From the NCBI GenBank assembly GCA_020444175.1, contig JAHLLM010000004.1, forward strand, positions 13,399-77,398: a DNA stretch of 64,000 nt. The letters are read 5' to 3'. Shown in pieces: positions 62,538-64,000 of the stretch. The DNA is from Desulfobulbaceae bacterium. Its GTDB lineage: Bacteria > Desulfobacterota > Desulfobulbia > Desulfobulbales > SURF-16. Both the position numbers and the translations under genes were made by a program. Every line of letters starts with the position of its first letter. Position 1 is the first letter of the stretch. A model generated the notes under the pieces. The model saw only the letters and a list, made by a program, of their open reading frames with translations. It did no database searches and was not told the DNA's origin.

Positions 62538-62611
62538 AAAACGAGGCATGTTGGAGTAAATAATTGTTTTTTGCCATTTTTGAGCGAGATACTCTGACTT
62601 CACGTTAGTTA

Positions 62612-62657
62612 GTGCCTGTCCATAAATGGCCCTTTTGACAGATATCTGGACAGACAC
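62612..62657. repeat. Intergenic repeat family 2, compact copy
   Basis: GTGCCTGTCCATAAATGGCCCTTTTGACAGATATCTGGACAGACAC. The ends GTGCCTGTCC and GGACAGACAC form a 9/10 inverted repeat. Confidence 0.7.
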
Positions 62658-62829
62658 CAGTTAAAAATAACGCTGATTAATACACCACGAACAACACAGA
62701 GAACACGAAGAAAAGATTCTAACAAAGGAAAAACATGCTGTCCCCCTTTGTGTACTTCGTGCTCTTCGTGGTAGAAATTTTTTTTATTTTTGTTCCTCAT
62801 TTCCGTTTTACTCGACATGGAGTTATTTT

Positions 62830-63393
62830 ATGTACACTGCATCTGATTTACGAAAAGGTTTGAAGGTTGAAATTGATGGAGAACCATTCATTGTTACCGA
62901 CTTTGAATTCTCCAAGCCGGGGAAAGGACAGTCTCTTTACCGTACCAGGCTGAAAAATATGGTTACCGGCAATGCCTTCGAGAAAACCTATCGTTCCAAC
63001 GATAAATTTCGCAAGGCACCGCTTGAAGAGCGTACCATGCAATATCTCTATTCCCAGGGCGATGAATATCATTTCATGGATACTAAATCCTATGAACAGA
63101 TAGCCATCACTGCAGAACAGCTTGGCGACAATATCAACTTCATGGTTGATAATATGGATGTCGCCGTTCTGGTTTTCAAGGAGCGTCCAATTGGTGTCAC
63201 TCTGCCTAATTCAGTTGTCCTTGAGGTAACGCGGGCTGATCCCTGGGCCAAAGGAGATACCAGCGGCACGGACACAAAACCCGTAACCGTGGAAACCGGG
63301 TACACCCTCCAGGTTCCGCCTTTTGTGGAAGAGGGTGATAAAATCCAGATTGATACCCGTACAGGACAATATATAACCAGGGCAAAGGAGTAA
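62830..63393 (+). CDS. efp: Elongation factor P
   Basis: 187 aa with a KPGKGQS loop (modifiable Lys). Colinear with E. coli EF-P. Confidence 0.95.
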   Translation: MYTASDLRKGLKVEIDGEPFIVTDFEFSKPGKGQSLYRTRLKNMVTGNAFEKTYRSNDKFRKAPLEERTMQYLYSQGDEYHFMDTKSYEQIAITAEQLGDNINFMVDNMDVAVLVFKERPIGVTLPNSVVLEVTRADPWAKGDTSGTDTKPVTVETGYTLQVPPFVEEGDKIQIDTRTGQYITRAKE

Positions 63394-63399
63394 GCTTTT

Positions 63400-64000
63400 T
63401 TGGCATTTTCCTTTCTTTCCAGGCGGGCCGAAATTTTTCAGGCTGTCCGGCTGTTTTTCCTGGAGCGGGAGTATCTTGAAGTGGATACTCCCCTCCGCCT
63501 CCCCGCTCTTCTCCCCGAAGCAAACATCGCTCCGCTTGAATCGTCTGGGTGGTATTTGCAGACTTCGCCCGAGTTATGCATGAAACGGCTTCTTGCCCGT
63601 GGCCATGACAAAATTTTTCAGATATGCAAATGTTTCAGAAAGGATGAACGGGGCACCCTCCATCTTCCCGAGTTTACCATGCTTGAGTGGTATCGAACCG
63701 ATATTGACTACATGGATCTCATGGAGGAGTGCGAGAGTTTACTGCGTTTTGTTGCCGAGCGGGTTGCCTCGCAAAGCCCGGCTTCCCTTACCATACTGGC
63801 GGATGCAAGCTGGGAATATCTTTCCGTAACCAAGGCCTTTGACCTCTATGGCCGGATCTCGTTAGGAGAGGCATTAACCCAAGGAATGTTTGATGAGGTT
63901 CTGGTCAGAGATGTGGAGCCGCGTTTGGGATTTGTCAGACCGACATTTCTCTATGACTATCCCGCCCAGCTTGGCTCCCTTGCCCGTCTTAAAAGTGCAG
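63400..64000 (+). CDS. epmA: EF-P lysine aminoacylase EpmA (GenX/PoxA, class II LysRS paralog); 3' end lies outside the window
   Basis: Absent from the ORF track because it runs off the window. My translation from TTG 63400 reads LAFSFLSRRAEIFQAVRLFFLEREYLEVDTP...LQTSPELCMKRLLARGHDKIFQICKCFRKDERGTLHLPEFTMLEWY (class II motifs 1 and 2). Same frame as efp, 6 nt after its TAA. Confidence 0.8.
   Translation, partial: MAFSFLSRRAEIFQAVRLFFLEREYLEVDTPLRLPALLPEANIAPLESSGWYLQTSPELCMKRLLARGHDKIFQICKCFRKDERGTLHLPEFTMLEWYRTDIDYMDLMEECESLLRFVAERVASQSPASLTILADASWEYLSVTKAFDLYGRISLGEALTQGMFDEVLVRDVEPRLGFVRPTFLYDYPAQLGSLARLKSA

Overview
This 64-kb window looks like a chromosomal segment of a Gram-negative bacterium. 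The proteins look Desulfobacterota/deltaproteobacteria-like, but that is an impression I cannot verify here. I call about 55 protein genes, one tRNA-Cys, several sigma-54-type promoters, two rho-independent terminators, one 9-bp tandem array and two dispersed intergenic repeat families. Two genes run off the window edges and are missing from the ORF track: an AlkP-family gene at 1..1319(-) and epmA at 63400..64000(+).

The first half (1-29.8 kb) looks accessory:
- a ygiD-like / HAD-IIB / RegB-like kinase / IMPase operon;
- a ~2700-aa RHS/YD-repeat surface protein translationally coupled to a secreted protein and a PEP-CTERM protein;
- an 8-gene co-directional cluster that I read as a variant of the ebo (eboB/C/E/F-type) cluster, in which myo-inositol-1-phosphate synthase replaces the usual sugar-phosphate cyclase, with an added secreted terpene-cyclase-fold protein and a DedA/TVP38 protein;
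- two further PEP-CTERM genes flanking a hybrid histidine kinase.

The second half is mostly housekeeping (asnS, dus, rnc, cmoA/cmoB, surE, yhbY, fadL/fadD, pepN, efp/epmA, NfeD-stomatin). It also holds a motB-motA pair in reversed order next to a PilZ gene and an unusually long CheZ-like gene.

Best candidates for something new:
- the MIPS-containing ebo-like cluster (16.5-24.4 kb);
- the sigma-54 promoter plus TTTCC/GGAAA palindrome architecture shared by the RHS and PEP-CTERM genes;
- the RHS C-terminal module of unknown function with its coupled downstream genes;
- the PilZ/long-CheZ pair.

All family assignments come from reading the translated ORFs for motifs. No database search was run.
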